This document shows, in pieces, positions 35,871 through 50,466 of a stretch of 64,000 nucleotides of DNA (positions are counted from its first letter, which is position 1; each line of letters starts with the position of its first letter). Below the pieces are notes generated by a model. It ran no database searches, was not told where the DNA came from, and saw nothing but the letters and a program-made list of their open reading frames with translations. The DNA comes from Phoronis australis (Eukaryota; Animalia; Phoronida), in NCBI GenBank assembly GCA_002633005.1, contig NMRA01000049.1:1-64000 (forward strand), written 5' to 3'. The translations under genes were made by a program, and so were the position numbers.

Positions 35871-38800
35871 AGACCATTCAACCACTACGATTTGGCTAAT
35901 GTTGACATACGTATAATACCCCATCTATTGGGAAATAGCTCTTTGGCTTAGAGAGCAGATTTAATCGAAACAACTTCTTACAATTTGGTGTTTTTGATCC
36001 ACACTCTCAAGGGTTCATTAAGGATTTGTCCTCCATTTTTTTTCCAAAATTAGCTTTTTCTGTTTAATTTTGGTGTCTGGAAAGTCAAATGCATGAAGTT
36101 TGTTCACCACACAAGATATTCTAGCTTTTTGTCACTTCCCGTGTTTTGTCAGCAGTTTTTGTCCAAAAAATAGAAATTTGCGTCCCACAGGGTTTTTTTT
36201 TAATTTTAATTTTAGTTTTATCAGAATTATCTACATTTCGGTATAAAGTTGATTTTGGAACATTTATAATATCACACTTTGACTATGCTAAAATTTGGTA
36301 GAACCAATTATCTTAATTAGTTTTATCGTAGTTAATTAACCAAATGGCAATTCTCCATCCACGACGTTTTGGAGTATGAAGAGTTGCATTTAGAAAAAAA
36401 AAACGATGAACTTATTTGGTCCAAACTTTATATTTACTAATAATATTAATGTGGAAATAATATCCCGAGGAGTGAAAATTATTGTTATTTGATTGGATTA
36501 ATTTCGCACAAAAACGTGTCTCAGGCGGAATTTCCGATCGTAGATTTCATCCGCTCGTCTTCTCTAAAACGTTCCTTCCTTTTTTCAGCTCATGTTTGAC
36601 TGCAAACTGTTTATACCAAATGTGAATGATTTTGACTGAACAAGATTATTGATTATTTTCACTTTGGGCTACCAATGTTGATTAAAATTATTTTAAAAAT
36701 TATTAAAGCAAAATCAAGTCGCAAAACCCTTCAAAAATGTTTACCAGTTAAGCTGAGCAGCTTTGAAAGAGAACTTTTACATATGAACTAAGGTCAACTT
36801 TGAATAAATTATTCTTAGAATTAAAAAGTATGATTTGATACTGCCAAAATGGAATTCCTGCACGGCAGAATGGATGACACGCAATTCAGTTTTACTGACT
36901 GACCCACGCATGTTATAAGTGTAACTGCCAGTTCAAATCGTAGAACAAAGGTTTTTGATTACCTACTTCAGTTAATTAACCAATTTTCTGGTTCATAATT
37001 TGCAACATTCCAGGTGTATGTAACAAGAAACTGGGTAGTGAAATCTTAATAATTCATCGTTATCAGCATTTTTATATTTACATGTTTTGAACTCGTTTAT
37101 TGTTTAAAAATATCAAGTGAGTGCATTTTTGTACTGGAAATGGCAGTGTGGCACTCGATAAGTTAATTGCAAAAGTATTTCTAGCGAAATCTATAAGACG
37201 CAGGTACAATTTAAGGTTTTGTACAAGCTTTGGATATTGTATGCGATTAAAGTTTGAGATGTAGAAAGATTGGCTGACGTGTTCCTCGGTGATGGAAGGA
37301 GAGTGTTGTTGAGCTTACTGAAGTGCACGTGCAAGACTGCATTGTTGCGGCTGTACTATTGCTGTTCAAGGACTCATGACGATGGGGTTATGACGAAGTA
37401 CATACGTAATGACTTTCGCGCTTTCTGGGAGGTTTACCTTAACGTACATGTAGAAACAAGTGACAAAATGTTTCTTGCAGTTTCACAAAAGCGAAAGTGC
37501 CTTTGACCTGGCGACATATGTAAATACATCCCGGATGGTAACTTCAATTCTAAAGTCTTCCAACTACTACAGGCAATTGAAGTTTCTTATCAATGTAAAA
37601 TCTCTTCCTTCAATTTGTACCTTGAAATCTTTGAATATAAAATCAATGCCCAATCTATAAATTTACGACTATGCACTATACTTTTCGGGCCCATTCCGCT
37701 TTACATACATTCCTCGAAAAAGAACATTTGCACACTTGTCTCACCCGCGGATTTCTGCGTCGCTCATTTATCTTTTCGCGGGGCGATGCTGCTTTACAAA
37801 AGGCGCCGTATCAAAGTGTATATAGCCACGCAGGATGTTTCTTGCATGAACGTCTTGTAAGGTATCTCGCGTAATTATGAACAAGATGTTTGGATTGACA
37901 TTACGATAATTCGAAGACCGGCCTATCGATTTTTACTGACGGCTTGATTACAAAGCTGCTCTGAAATATCTACAAAACTATCTTTCTTCTTCCACAATAA
38001 CGAATTCTTTTTATAACGTCATTGAATTGATATTTACAAGTACGCACATGTCACTTTGATGGAAACAAACTTTGAAATTTAGTTTAAAAACATTCATATT
38101 TTATTAAGTCGTCATTATCACATAGTTTGGATTCTCGGATCAGTGACCCTCTTTGTACTACGATTATTGGTTTAATTGTAACACCTGATCTCGTCCATAA
38201 TGCTCTTCAAGTTTCGAGTTTTCAGACAATTTCCCTCGGTCGCATTGTTGATACTTACAACATGTCAGCTCGTGATGTGCACTGGTGGAGCCAATCGTGG
38301 GCAAATGTAGTACATAACTACGTCGTCATTTTGGCGGCGTTCAACACTACGCAATTAATTGATGTCCAAGCGATCCATCTATTAGTTATTAAGGTAGAGT
38401 GGAACGCGAAAGCTCGTCAGAATATAATTTAAACAATTCCTGTGCCGCAGGAATAGCTTCCTTCAAAACGTAAAATTGTTCCAAATTCAACATACGCGGG
38501 TTTGTCACACACTTTCCTTGCACCTCTGTATGTTCAATTTCGGAGCGTACTGTAAGATGACTATGCTGTCAGTAAAAAGTCGGTCATTTAAAAGATCCGT
38601 CACATTTTCAAGAAGTATATTACTCGGCCAATATTTAATAGTGTTGGTTAACTATCGATAAAAAGATACAAGTATTTAAAAACATTTTAATTGAAGACTA
38701 CAATCGCAAGTTATGTACATGTACTACAAGCCACTTTGACATCGGTTGACCAACGAGGCCGAAATCTGAAGGATAAAAGTTAACTGACGCCATTTTGCAC

Positions 38801-41580
38801 ACGCTACGTATGTTCAACTCGAAACCGTTGGCTCGTGTATTCGGGCAAAAACGCAACATTTCGAAAACACTTGCGCCTTAAACCTATTTTGTGTTTATTA
38901 CGAAAAGCAAAATGTGCAAAAAAGAGAGTTATGCCCAGAGAGCGCTTAATACGTGTGGACGTAAAACTTTGAAAATGCAACGAAATAGTAGCGTTGTTGA
39001 GTGATAGACTGATTGGCTATCGTGTGGATATAGAAGATTTTTAAGCTGACATGAAGACGATGCACGTGGACGGAGAACGTCTTGAAAACGTAAAAGAAAA
39101 GCAACGTTTAAAGCGGCTGTAGACTAACCGTTTTCCATTACAAAACACAACCATGCACAACTTTCGATTAAGAAGCAACCGTTGTACGAAAATTGACAGT
39201 TCAAAGTGCTTGAGACTGCTCTGCAAGTTCACATGCCACCATGCATTTTATATTTTTAACCATTATGGTCTCAAGGAATAGCAAACTAAGAGTTTCTTGG
39301 ACACCCAGAAATCACTTCTTCTCTGAGAACGTAGCAATTTCATACCTATAAGTGCATAAATCATACTTTTGTTTTTGGGCAAAATCCGATTCAAAGCCGC
39401 AATAAGACTTTAAGTACGGCATGGAATCGAAGTGATCAGGGACTCACTGCTTTCAATCATCAAATTGTAGTGAAAGCATCTTCACTCTTCGTGCGTTTTA
39501 TACCAAGTTAACCAATCCTTTCACTTTGAGAAGTCTACATGTATATCATGAAAAAGGGAGGGAATCCTTTGTCACATGTTATTCCTCAAAATTTCAAAAT
39601 TTTATATCCACTCCTCTGGCATCTGTTCGGAAACAACGTTAGCCACGATGTGCCCTTTCGTCTAGTTGAGCTATGTGCAATATTTACATGTATTGTCGCA
39701 CTTATACTACAAAAGTTGACACGGATCAACTGACATGAAGCAGCATGATCCAGCACAAGTACATATGTAAACCGAACTGACACAGAGCAAGTTGACACCG
39801 CGGTGACAACTTTTGTCACCCTTCGTGAGGTAGAGCAAATTGTGCCGGATCATCCTTCTTGTCAACTATACGTATAAACGCGAATCTCTGGCAAGTCAGA
39901 AGAACTCATCCCTATTGCGCTTGCGCAAAAACGCATATATATATTTACAGGAAGTTATTTTCGCGCAAATTCCTGCAATTTGCCTGTCAGCTGTGAAGTG
40001 TTTTGTCGTTTAACTTTTATCCTGACTAACATTCATTTTGTCATGACATTGTCCAAATATTACACCCAATGACTGGTTATGTACATGTACAGTAAGCCTA
40101 CTGATGGAAGCGCCAATCAGATAACCAACAAATAATTGAAGAGCGAAGCAAAACTCAATGTCGCGAATTTCCGGCACTTGGGGAAATAGAAGCAGCGTGG
40201 CAACAACAACAACAACAACAATGATATTGAACAGTGACTTCCGCAAGTTGCCACTTTGCGCATGAGCACTCCAAATTCCGGCCGACAACGTCTGCTTTGC
40301 CATCGTTCCTGAGTTGCGTGTGTGTAAACGGCCTGATGCATGACACCGATCATCTTGCGCTGTGTCACTAGCGCCGTGTCTGAAGCTAATGTGTGAACGG
40401 GACTTATTTAAATTGATCATAACTCTAGGCAGCACTGGAGTAAAATACGACGACTGTCAATTAGCTAGCTGTTTTCTCGCATGCGCAATAATTTGTTCTT
40501 TGAATCTGTATAGTCGAGTTTTACAGTGTATCAAATCGATATTTGATTATTGACACCTCCAAATTGCATTTGCGGCACTGTGATTTAAAAACTAGGCCAC
40601 TAATAGTTTTATTACCTGTCTTTGGTACCTAACTTTCTTTTGAGTGCATCATATAAATTCACTAGTCTCGATTTCAGCGAATGGCTGTCAGGCAACTGCG
40701 AAAAATGGTGATTAGAAATAAAGTCAGATTTTTAAGCTGAACCACTGATCCTACCATTATCTGATAAGAGGTATGGAAATTAGTATTGTATATCGTAGGT
40801 ACTGTCATGCGTAAATTATTTATAACGTTAATCAATTGGAAATCACAAAACAAGTTCTCTATTTACACAAATTTCCATTTTTAAGAACACTCAGAAACAG
40901 TTTTTAAACATTTAAAAATGTCATTTGCTTTGCCTACAGAACACTTGTCTCAATACATATCTGTTTACGCAGGTGAAACGATAAGCTAGTAATCCGGTCT
41001 CTGTTTCTCAAGTACTGCTAAAGGACGTTGCCTGGCATATTTCATTTCCTGTAGGTTCCCATCGAGAGTTTGAGGAGCTTGCGTCGTTGCTTGATGACGC
41101 TATCTGTGTTACGAAAGGGCCGTCTTTTTCAAAATAAGCCTGAAATTTGCGTCACCACAGTCGGTCTTAAATACTTTAAGTTAGATGTACGGCACGAAAT
41201 GAACTTCAGTATTAACTGCACACTTCACGTTCATTTTCTTTCAACTGCACGTTTAAAAATGAGGCGCACATATAAAACTGCACCCCTCAAATTCATCGTG
41301 TGACGTCACAAAACCAGACAGAAGCAAATAATTACTTTTCAGAATCTTTTACACTTGGTAGCAAAGTTGATTTGATTTCTTCAAAAGAAGAAATAAAACA
41401 AGTTTGAGCTTTCAGTTACCAGACAAAAAACAATATAACGAATGAATAACACAAAGACGTTCCTCACATTGGATAACATCTCTTGTATTATGGTTACGAA
41501 CTCTAGACTGGCTCAGAATGTTATACGGGTGATGAAGAGACCAAAATCGATCAAAATACTGGCGTGTATCACTAAAGATT

Positions 41581-41871
41581 CAGTGGCGGATCTAGGATAT
41601 CATAAGTCGGGGCAACATCCGTAGATGACGTCGGAAAAGCGTGCATGTGTTTTCAACTGAGACACGAAAGTTGCGGGAACCGGTCTTGTGACCCTTCTGT
41701 TCGGGAAATCTGCTGTTGGACAAAAATTCTGAGCCCCCCCCCCCCTTCTCCGCTACCGGTCCTGGTTACTCAGCATTTCCTCAAGCTTTGCGCTGTTGCT
41801 GTTCCCCTTTGCTTGCGGCAGCCAAGGGGGGGGGGCTGTTGGAAACCCTGTCCCCCCTAAATCCGCCTGTG
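41581..41871. mobile_element. GC-rich MITE with CAGTGGCGGAT.TAG / CTAAATCCGCCTGTG termini (hAT-like)
   Basis: Imperfect inverted termini and internal poly-C/poly-G stems. AGATT directly flanks both ends and may be a TSD remnant. Confidence 0.6.
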
Positions 41872-42140
41872 AGATTAAAAAACAGTAATACCTTCGCATG
41901 TGTTGCGGGCAAAGTAGTTGAGTTTACACGGAGATGGTGTAAAACCTTCAGTTCTTTGCTCTACCAAATTTTATTGACGGTGTTTTCATTTAAACTGATA
42001 TGGAATAATCAGCGAGGATTACTCCAGGTAATCAACTCACAGATTGTCATTACGGGCTAAAACGATAAGCTTCGTCTTTAAAGGATTTTATCCAGGTCAG
42101 AACATATCCATATGGTGAGAACAATAATTGTAGAAACCTG

Positions 42141-42541
42141 GGCCCGATCTCCAATCTTTTTACTCGAAATGGAACTCGAAATTAGGTTTGGCATTTTCTT
42201 CTCTACTTTTGGGCGAACTCAAGATAAGTGTCTATTATTCTATGCTCGAGTACAAAATAACTTACTTGGATAATTTATTGCCCTTAGTTCACAGTTTGTA
42301 AACCCAATATTAAAGCAATAAGTTCGAGTTTGAACTCGAAATTTCGAGTTTTTACCTGAGTTTGTAGCACGAATATAAGGGTCTTCAAGGGCGAACTTGA
42401 ACTAGAAACTCCTATGCATAAACTATAATGTATTCAAGCACAGTCTGATCACCAATTATCTTAAGTTCGCACAAAAGGAGCAGAGAAATTGCCAAAAATA
42501 GTTTCGAGTTCGTTTCGAGTACAAAGATTAGAGACCGGTCC
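42141..42541. mobile_element. PIF/Harbinger-like MITE with ~90-bp imperfect TIRs and CTG target duplication
   Basis: CTG|ggcccgatctccaatctttttactcgaaa...gaactcaagataa mirrors ttatcttaagttcg...tttcgagtacaaagattagagaccggtcc|CTG. A partial further copy of one arm lies at 43507-43617. Confidence 0.75.
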
Positions 42542-43344
42542 CTGGTCTCATTAATCTCAATAAACACATGGCTTCATTCTCACTTAATCGATTCCGTCAC
42601 AAACGAGCTTTAAGAATAATCAGCAACTCGCACTAGTTTGTCTCAACAAATTCAATATGAAAAATTTAAAATTACCTCTGCTCGATGACATTTTTAATAT
42701 ATCCTGCTTTAAGATTAGTTTCAAAATAATCTCGTTTGCTAAAACATCAGAAATCACAGACCAATTTAAAATTCCCATTCACCAGTTTTCTTGAGAAACG
42801 TCATTGTTACATCTCGCAGATACTATTTTACAAAACAATAAAGGCAACTCACTGCTTACGCTTTCACATTCCCAGAATAATCAATGGAAATAAAATACAC
42901 TCTTCAGTTCTAGATATGTGTAAACAGAATGCCCACACACCTGCTGGACTTCCAAGATTTTATAAGAACAACAATTTGGAAACTTACTCACTATGCAATG
43001 ATTCAAGCTGCTTCTCCAACAACTATGTCTACGTGATCAACTATACGCAGTTTCCAATATTACCCAGCGACTTTACTCGAAAATTTAAACGCGCTCGCGC
43101 GCACGCACGCACGCACCCGAGCACACGCACACAAGAAATATAAAGAAAAGTAATTACCACTTAAGCATTATCATTGGGTATCTTTTATATCTTGTAATCA
43201 AGATACCCAACTGGTAACATCGGTGAAACAATTATTAGTGGAGCTGTGACCCTGAAATTCCCAACACAACCTAAAGCATATATTACTCTTGTCTTGTTTT
43301 ATTTGTCCTCAGTAATTACCTTCTTATAGTTTCTTTTGCTTATT

Positions 43345-43395
43345 TGAATTGTATTGCATTGTATTGTATTGCATTGCACTGTCTTGCATTGCAAT
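43345..43395. repeat. (ATTGY)n pentanucleotide microsatellite
   Basis: attgtattgcattgtattgtattgcattgcactgtcttgcattgc. Confidence 0.8.
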
Positions 43396-45364
43396 ATATT
43401 GTTCACTAAACTTCGGTGGTCCCCAATACAACCTACTAATTGCTATAATGATTGGATCATAAATTACTAACTAGGATTAGCCACTTATCCCCGTAAGCCA
43501 TTATATACTCGAGCACAGAATAATAGACACTTATCTTGAGTTTGCAAAAGAGTGTAATAGAAAATTCCAAAAATAATTTCGAGTTCGATATTGAGTAGAA
43601 AGATTAGATCCTGGCCCTAACTGCGATATTCAACCGCGTTTAAATGTTGTTCGATCGAAAAACCGATAGAGCGAGTAATCCTAAGTCTTAAAAAATCAAG
43701 TGCAAACGTCCGTCAGACGTCTCATGCTTCTCCTATTTTCTGATCTTAAATCAGCGGAGTAGATTTATCTGCCCTTTTATCGTGAGAAGCCTGTAATCCA
43801 ATCATGCGATTTGCTGTTATGCTCTCATGACTTCACATGAGCGACCAAGTCACTTTGCTCGTTTGTACTAAGATAAGACGACAAGAATTGACGATTTTTA
43901 TAAAATCACAAACGCCCATTGTAAATCTACCGTTTTATAGTCGGAATTTCAATAAGTTTAAGCCATTTATCAACAATTTCAGTCGGCAATAAAAGCGGTA
44001 ATAATTCTTCCACGTCTATAATGTTTAAAGAAATAAAGCACGACAAAGCAAATACACGTGCAAGGAAGAACTTAAGGAAATTTTGTTGATGACAGCAACT
44101 TTCCCTCAGTGTGTGTTCTAATCTCGTGAAATCAATGGAGCGGCTACCTCTGCTACAACCCGTGAACGATGTGCCAATATGCTTAAAAGCTTACTGTTCG
44201 TTGCCTCAGACATTTTCCAGACACCTTTATCTCTTTCAAAAGCCGTCTCGACATTTCCAGACTAGCATACTTTTTAGTTTTTTTTGTTGTTGGTTTCGAA
44301 CGCAGTCCGACCTTATTTGTTACAGGTTTAAGTGATGGCGCTACATGTACGTTAGGGGGAACGTTCATGTAATGATCACGTGAATTACCACGTGAACTTA
44401 CCCCTTTTCGTTAAGGTTAAGTAAACAGCAACAGATTTAACGAGCACAATCTTCTTAGGTCAAATTCGCAATTTGGGGATTACTATTAGTTAGCACAGAA
44501 TTTTCGTAGTTATTGGCATTGACCAGAGGTACATGTACAAAACAATAAAACCCGATTTCATGTGTTTTGTGCTCTATTGGGTTTCCGCAAGCTCCCGACA
44601 TCAGCTTCCAGTCAATTTGCTGTTATCGGCGGTAGCTATTCATGCCGAGGACGCCGGTGATTTCGCTCATCAAAGCCGGCTTAAAAATAGAGCAATTCTC
44701 ATAAGAGAAAACGAGAAAAAGCAGTGTGTAACTGAAGCACATTGGACTGCTGTGAGAGATGAATTAGACATTCCAATAACATCAATCTCCACGCGCTTGC
44801 TCACCCTCGAGTCTTTTTATTGAGTTTAAGCCTCAACTTATTTTGAACATCTTAGTATGTTTCCAGTGTTTGACTAAATTAAGTGACCGAGCTCCTCCCC
44901 GAGTGTGAATATATAAAATTGATCGATTGATCTTGGCCAAATACCTTTAAAAAACTTTCTTTTCCATAATTTCTGGAACCGCTTTGAAGACTTGAAGAGC
45001 TTCAAATTCAGCAGACGTGTCTGTTTTTGCAAAAATAACCTTTCTCTGCCTCGAGACTTAGAACCACGGCAGTCTCATTAATAGGAGGGTGTTTTGAAAC
45101 AAACACCCTGCGTAAATCACATGAAAATGCACTAGTTTTCTCCACAATTCATGTTTTAGAACTTTCAGTCAATGTGAAAGACATTTATTTCTAAATAATA
45201 ATTTATTGAAGTTGTTTTGTAATATTCTGCTAACGCTGTTCAATATTATTAGGGTGAACAAAGATAGGGCACTAAAGTATGAACAATAATTGGAAGTACA
45301 TGCACGAGACAAGTGCAAGCTGCGTATGTGGGCCCATAGCACTGGTCGCCTGGAACTACTTTTA

Positions 45365-45503
45365 TGCTTTTATTAATATACGGATAAAACGGGGCTTAGG
45401 AGTTAGAGACACAAGGGTATAGCAGTGTGCCCTACTGAGACTCGAACACCCGAACTCGAGGAATGGAAGCGGATGTTCATCACACTAGGCTTCCCTGCCT
45501 ACT
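45365..45503 (-). mobile_element. tRNA-derived SINE, copy C (more diverged)
   Basis: Minus strand reads ggcagggaagcctagtgtgatg...gtgttcgagtctcagtagggcacactgcta..., with an AT-rich tail like copy B. Confidence 0.7.
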
Positions 45504-48500
45504 TTAGGGAGGGCACTAGTCAGAACAGTTCAAATATAGTTCATAACAAATTACGTACACGTACTGTATTATTAGTGTCGTAAAAGCCGAACTTCGTTAT
45601 ACATTTGTATGTCATTGTTTTGTGGCAGTTTCTAAAGAAACACTTCATAATAAGTTTATGAATATATAAATATTGAACCATCGTGGGAATATACATGTCC
45701 AACACGTGGCTTAAAAATGTTTGGACTATAAAATATATTTTAACTTCCTATTAAGGATAATATTTTTTCTGCCAAGTGTTGTGATACTTCGGATTTATAT
45801 TAAATCAAATGTATAAAGACCTAGTAGCATACGTTTAATCCTTATTAGATGGTTAGAACATGTTCTATTGTAGTCAGCAGCACCTACAGTTTAATCCTAA
45901 CGAACTCCGTAGGCGAGAAATTCATAAAAATTCTCACTCGGTTGATACTTCGCACTTTTAGATTTGTAGCTACATATAAGTCGAACGGGAGATTCATGCG
46001 TCTATTGGACTGGGTTAAGCGTATTTAACAGGGAGTGCGTAAAATAAATATGGTTTACATTACTAACATCACTTAACGAACATGCTATATCAGAATAATT
46101 AAGAAAAATTGCTATACAGTAAAAATATTCTGACAAATTGCAAAAATATCGAAAACAAAGGACAAGGAAAAACTAAGATACCAGTGGTCTCGGACGATTT
46201 TGGTAGGCGACCGACGGCCAACAATGAGCGATGGCCTATTTCTTATAGAACACTTATCCAACTGGTTGCGAAATGACTTCACCAATAACATTTGATATGT
46301 TTACAAGTGGTATAATATTAGTATTAATGAGTTGAAATTAAACGGAAGAGTTTCCATTCAGCTTTAAGTGTTCATATAAGCTACTACCGGAGCCCGGACA
46401 CCTAGCCGCTGACACAACTTCTCCGCTGGGCAGGATGAATATATTAATTACTGCAGGTCCGCGGGCCTTGAATAGATGGAAATCATGTGGCTAAGAGATA
46501 AAAAATATAATGCTGCGTCATGCTTCTGTTACTACAAAAATTTCCTATCGTCAAAATTCAACTCATGGACAATTGTCCACTACACTCTTTCCACAAGTCA
46601 AATTTTTGCCATGTTTTAAAAATGTTTTGACTAATATTGGAAAATTCAAGTCGATTACCATATAATTAGTTTCCCGCCGAAGTGACACATCAAGCAACTA
46701 CCAAGAAACTTCGCCTGTTGTCGTGTCAGGGCAACAAAAATCAAGCACATGTGTAAGCTATTGAAATACAGGTGAGGAAGGAACTATTTGAGGTAAAAAC
46801 ATGTTTTGATTGTTAAAACATCGCAGTACGTTAATGTTTTTTTTTTCTTTTAAACCGCAGGTAAGCTGGTGCCGATTTGCTGTCAAGTTGGTAAGAAATG
46901 CGCTTTCGGTAATTTCACGCCAATTGCTCGTACTTTGCGAGAGTTTCACGATATGTCAAAACAGGAAAGACATTTGCTCATCTCAAAGGGTTTTCTTCAA
47001 ATTTATTACCAGAACGGTTAGTGTTGCTGAAATTTGACATCCTCTTGCGATGAGTCGATGAGTTAGGGCACCTCAATAGTGTTGTCAGTGGGACAGGAGA
47101 CGTAATCACTTATGACTGCTTCAAATACGACTCGCCATATGCACAATTCAGATAAAATTTGGATAATAGGTAATCAAAAATGTATAATGAGTCAAAATGA
47201 GAATTAATATAAAAACAAAATAATAACGAGTATACGCTCACGGTGTCATCAATACGTGTTCAAAGACAACATGACCGTTATTCCGGAAACGTTCCTTAAC
47301 TGATTCCAAGGAACTCAGGTAAAGGAAATAGACGAAAATAGTCGATGAATTTCGTGATCGCGGCCGAGGTACACAATTGTGCTCAAAAAGGCTTTTAGTT
47401 TGATAACGGAAAAGAGACAAACATTATACCATATGTTACATATTACTTAATTTTGTACATATTTTCAATTTTTGAATTAGATTAACCCTTTGGTACTGAA
47501 TTTAATCACATCAAAACATGTTAAGAGAACATTAATTTGTTCTTACAAACAATTGTTAATTTTTTGAAACGTAGAATGTTTACTCGTTTAGCTGCTAAAA
47601 GTGACATTGTCTGAGCGGTATTTCCCAAATATTGAACAACTTTTTGGATGTTATCTCCCTCTGTCTTCATCCTTTGTAATGGCGATCCCATACCTTAATC
47701 TGACATGCCAACATTTATAGCTAAAGTACCTTGATTCCATTTAATCAGAAAGTTTTTGTATGTACTGTACGTGTATGTGATGGTGCATTCGCCTAGTACA
47801 TTTCTTGGATATGTGTGAAATTTCACAAACAGGTGCAGGTATATGAATTTACAATGCCATTTTCACATACAGTATACATGTACAGAACTCGAAGTACATG
47901 TACAGGTGAGACAACAATATGTGCTTCATTACATTGACCTTCGGCTACGCGCACAATGCTTTTGGGAGTTCGAATGAGTGCAAATGAAACCTGAGAGAAT
48001 ATAATATAACTGTGGGCGAGGTGTCACAAAATTTTATTACCTTCTACTACATATATGTTTAACAACGGATAATACATAAACCATGACCAATAACTGTTGT
48101 TAACTACATGTTCAATGCACTTAAATATCAAAACCACGATGCTCATCGCACTGTATAATCATAAGTACAGACTATACGACATGCTACTTATCTTCATATT
48201 TCATTCACTTTTCACAAAAGTATTAACTTCTGAGAACAGAGACAGTTATCACAAAACGCTTTTCACATTATTTGGCCAACAACTTTGTTTACAAAAATTG
48301 TGTAGCAACAAAACGGATCAGAATTCAAAACCTACTGCCCAGATTATGAGAATCAATAAGCTTGCACGCAAGTTGTCATTTTCAAATTGAAACCTTTTTA
48401 AAGAAGTCTTGGGTAGATTAAAATATGTAATCCACACGTATCTTCGTAAATTAGTGAAAATATTAATTTGCAATTAGGCTAAGTGAGAAATGTAAACATA

Positions 48501-50466
48501 CAATAATTTTATGTAACTTACATAGTGCATGAAAATGGGAAGTAGGTTTGCGCCGACGGTTGAAAATTACAAGTGGAGACATGAATCTAGCCATATGCAT
48601 TAAGGTCGGCATTTGTCTTTAGCTACAGAGTCAGTGATGCGTTTGTTGTGGGTGAGATTGAAAGCTGTCACTTGACAGGGCTGTTGGCTGTTCTCGATCG
48701 AAGTGTCATCAATTTTGAAAACGCATTACTGTTGCACAATGCAATTTGGTAAAGTGACTTCGCTAAAAGTTGGGCATTGCTAAAGAACAATTTTACATGA
48801 ATTATACAGCCGTTAAAATGGTCTTAATCTTATTAGGCGTGGACTTTTAGTATAATTCCCCGGCCTCTGGGGAATTTCGTTAAGTCGAGTCAACGTGTCA
48901 TCGAGACCAATTACCTCGAAATCTGTGCTGTCACTTAATATTTTCAATTTAATCTATTGCTTGTAAACGTTTTTGTAAAACAACAGCAAATTGACACGAT
49001 CTGTGCCCTGCTTTTTGATGACTTCAGCTATTGTCAGAAACACATATATTTCGTGTAAAAACATTGACAGTAAGTTAGAGAAGGCTCGGCCTAAAACTCG
49101 ATGCGTCGGTAGCTAGGAAAGCTATTTAATTTCTTGATCATTACATTGTCTTAGCGCGTTTATTTATGTAGCAAAACTATTTTAACTTTGTGCGAGGTGT
49201 TTAATGAACTGGTTAGCAATTTTGTCCTACTCCATTGGTGGATGTAAGATATCATAAGAGAGGGCAACAATTTGTCTCTTAAACAATCGCTCAAGGCACG
49301 ATTGTAAAGTCGTGTAGTGCCAGGAAATCCGGGGGCTCGCAGTGTTATGTCTGCGGCCAAAGACTTAATATTTTTGGTTCTGCCATTGATTCATGGGGTT
49401 TTTGGTTCGGCCATGGAGTTCAGTGGTACTGCCACAATTTTTTGGGAATCTTATTGAAACATTATATTGACCAGCACCTTTTGTTATTCAACGATAACAT
49501 TATAATACTGTTTTTGTTAATTGTACTCAAATAAAAATGTGGTATTAATAAAAATGTGGTATTAATGAAAATCATAAGTGTTTTTACTTTCCTGAAAAAC
49601 AAGGTCTGCATGCCCAAACTTACACGGGAATCATTAAGATCAGTTTTTCTCATGAATAATATGAAATTTATTGAAATAAATACTGTTTTAAAAACTCAGC
49701 GCATAGTAACCAAATTTATCTAACAAGTACGACTGAATTGAGCACCCGGCATATACCCAAAATATAGTTTCCCACTCGGAGTGGAAATATACCCAACTGA
49801 CCCTGTGTATCATCATTAAATAATGACTCCGTGAAAAAATGACCTCGGGTAGTTTTTTCACGGGTCTAAATTTAACGTTAAGATTTTTCAACACATGAAA
49901 AAATGACACAATGCCTGTGAAAACTTGTCCCGTAGTTATTTAACGGCGGTTGGGATCAGCAGAAATGATACCCGCAATAAGGAATCGTTTACACTGCAGT
50001 AATGTTCGATACGCGGATGTTTATGTCTGGGGGTAAACTGAGAGGCGCGCGGCAAGGGAAATCCACACGCTTTGATTTTACAGTATATGTAGTAATTAGA
50101 CAGAGAAAGTACTGAACGGGGTGCAGGCCAAAAATGAGATGTCAGGGAGGTGGGCTTGTCTGTTCAAGAGCAATGTATATTATGTCCGTGACTGAGAATT
50201 GAAAACATTTTTTTTCGAACAGTCTTTGTTGCGTTGCCAAATCAGCAAGTGTCCATGTTTGCATTGCTCGTCCCAGGATATACAGCAGTAATATCTCACT
50301 ACAGTATTTGCGTGAAAACTAATCTTAAAATACTTGGCCACATGGTTTGAGTCTTCCAATCACAACCAAGTTTTTCACTGTCAAAGTGAAATTTGAATTC
50401 GTGATAGGGTCAATCGTGCGTGGGGGAAGAATTTTCAATTTCTTGTTTGAACGACGCGTAGTACAT

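Noticed and set aside
40010-40435. Minus-strand ORFs with poly-V/L/C as a possible signal-peptide exon
   Set aside because: The hydrophobic run comes from a (CAA)n microsatellite at about 40200-40220 and I found no convincing splice partner. The exon at 31194-31107 fits better.
36000-50000. Short ORFs of 60-135 aa across this interval
   Set aside because: No recognisable domains or exon structure; consistent with random ORFs in non-coding DNA.
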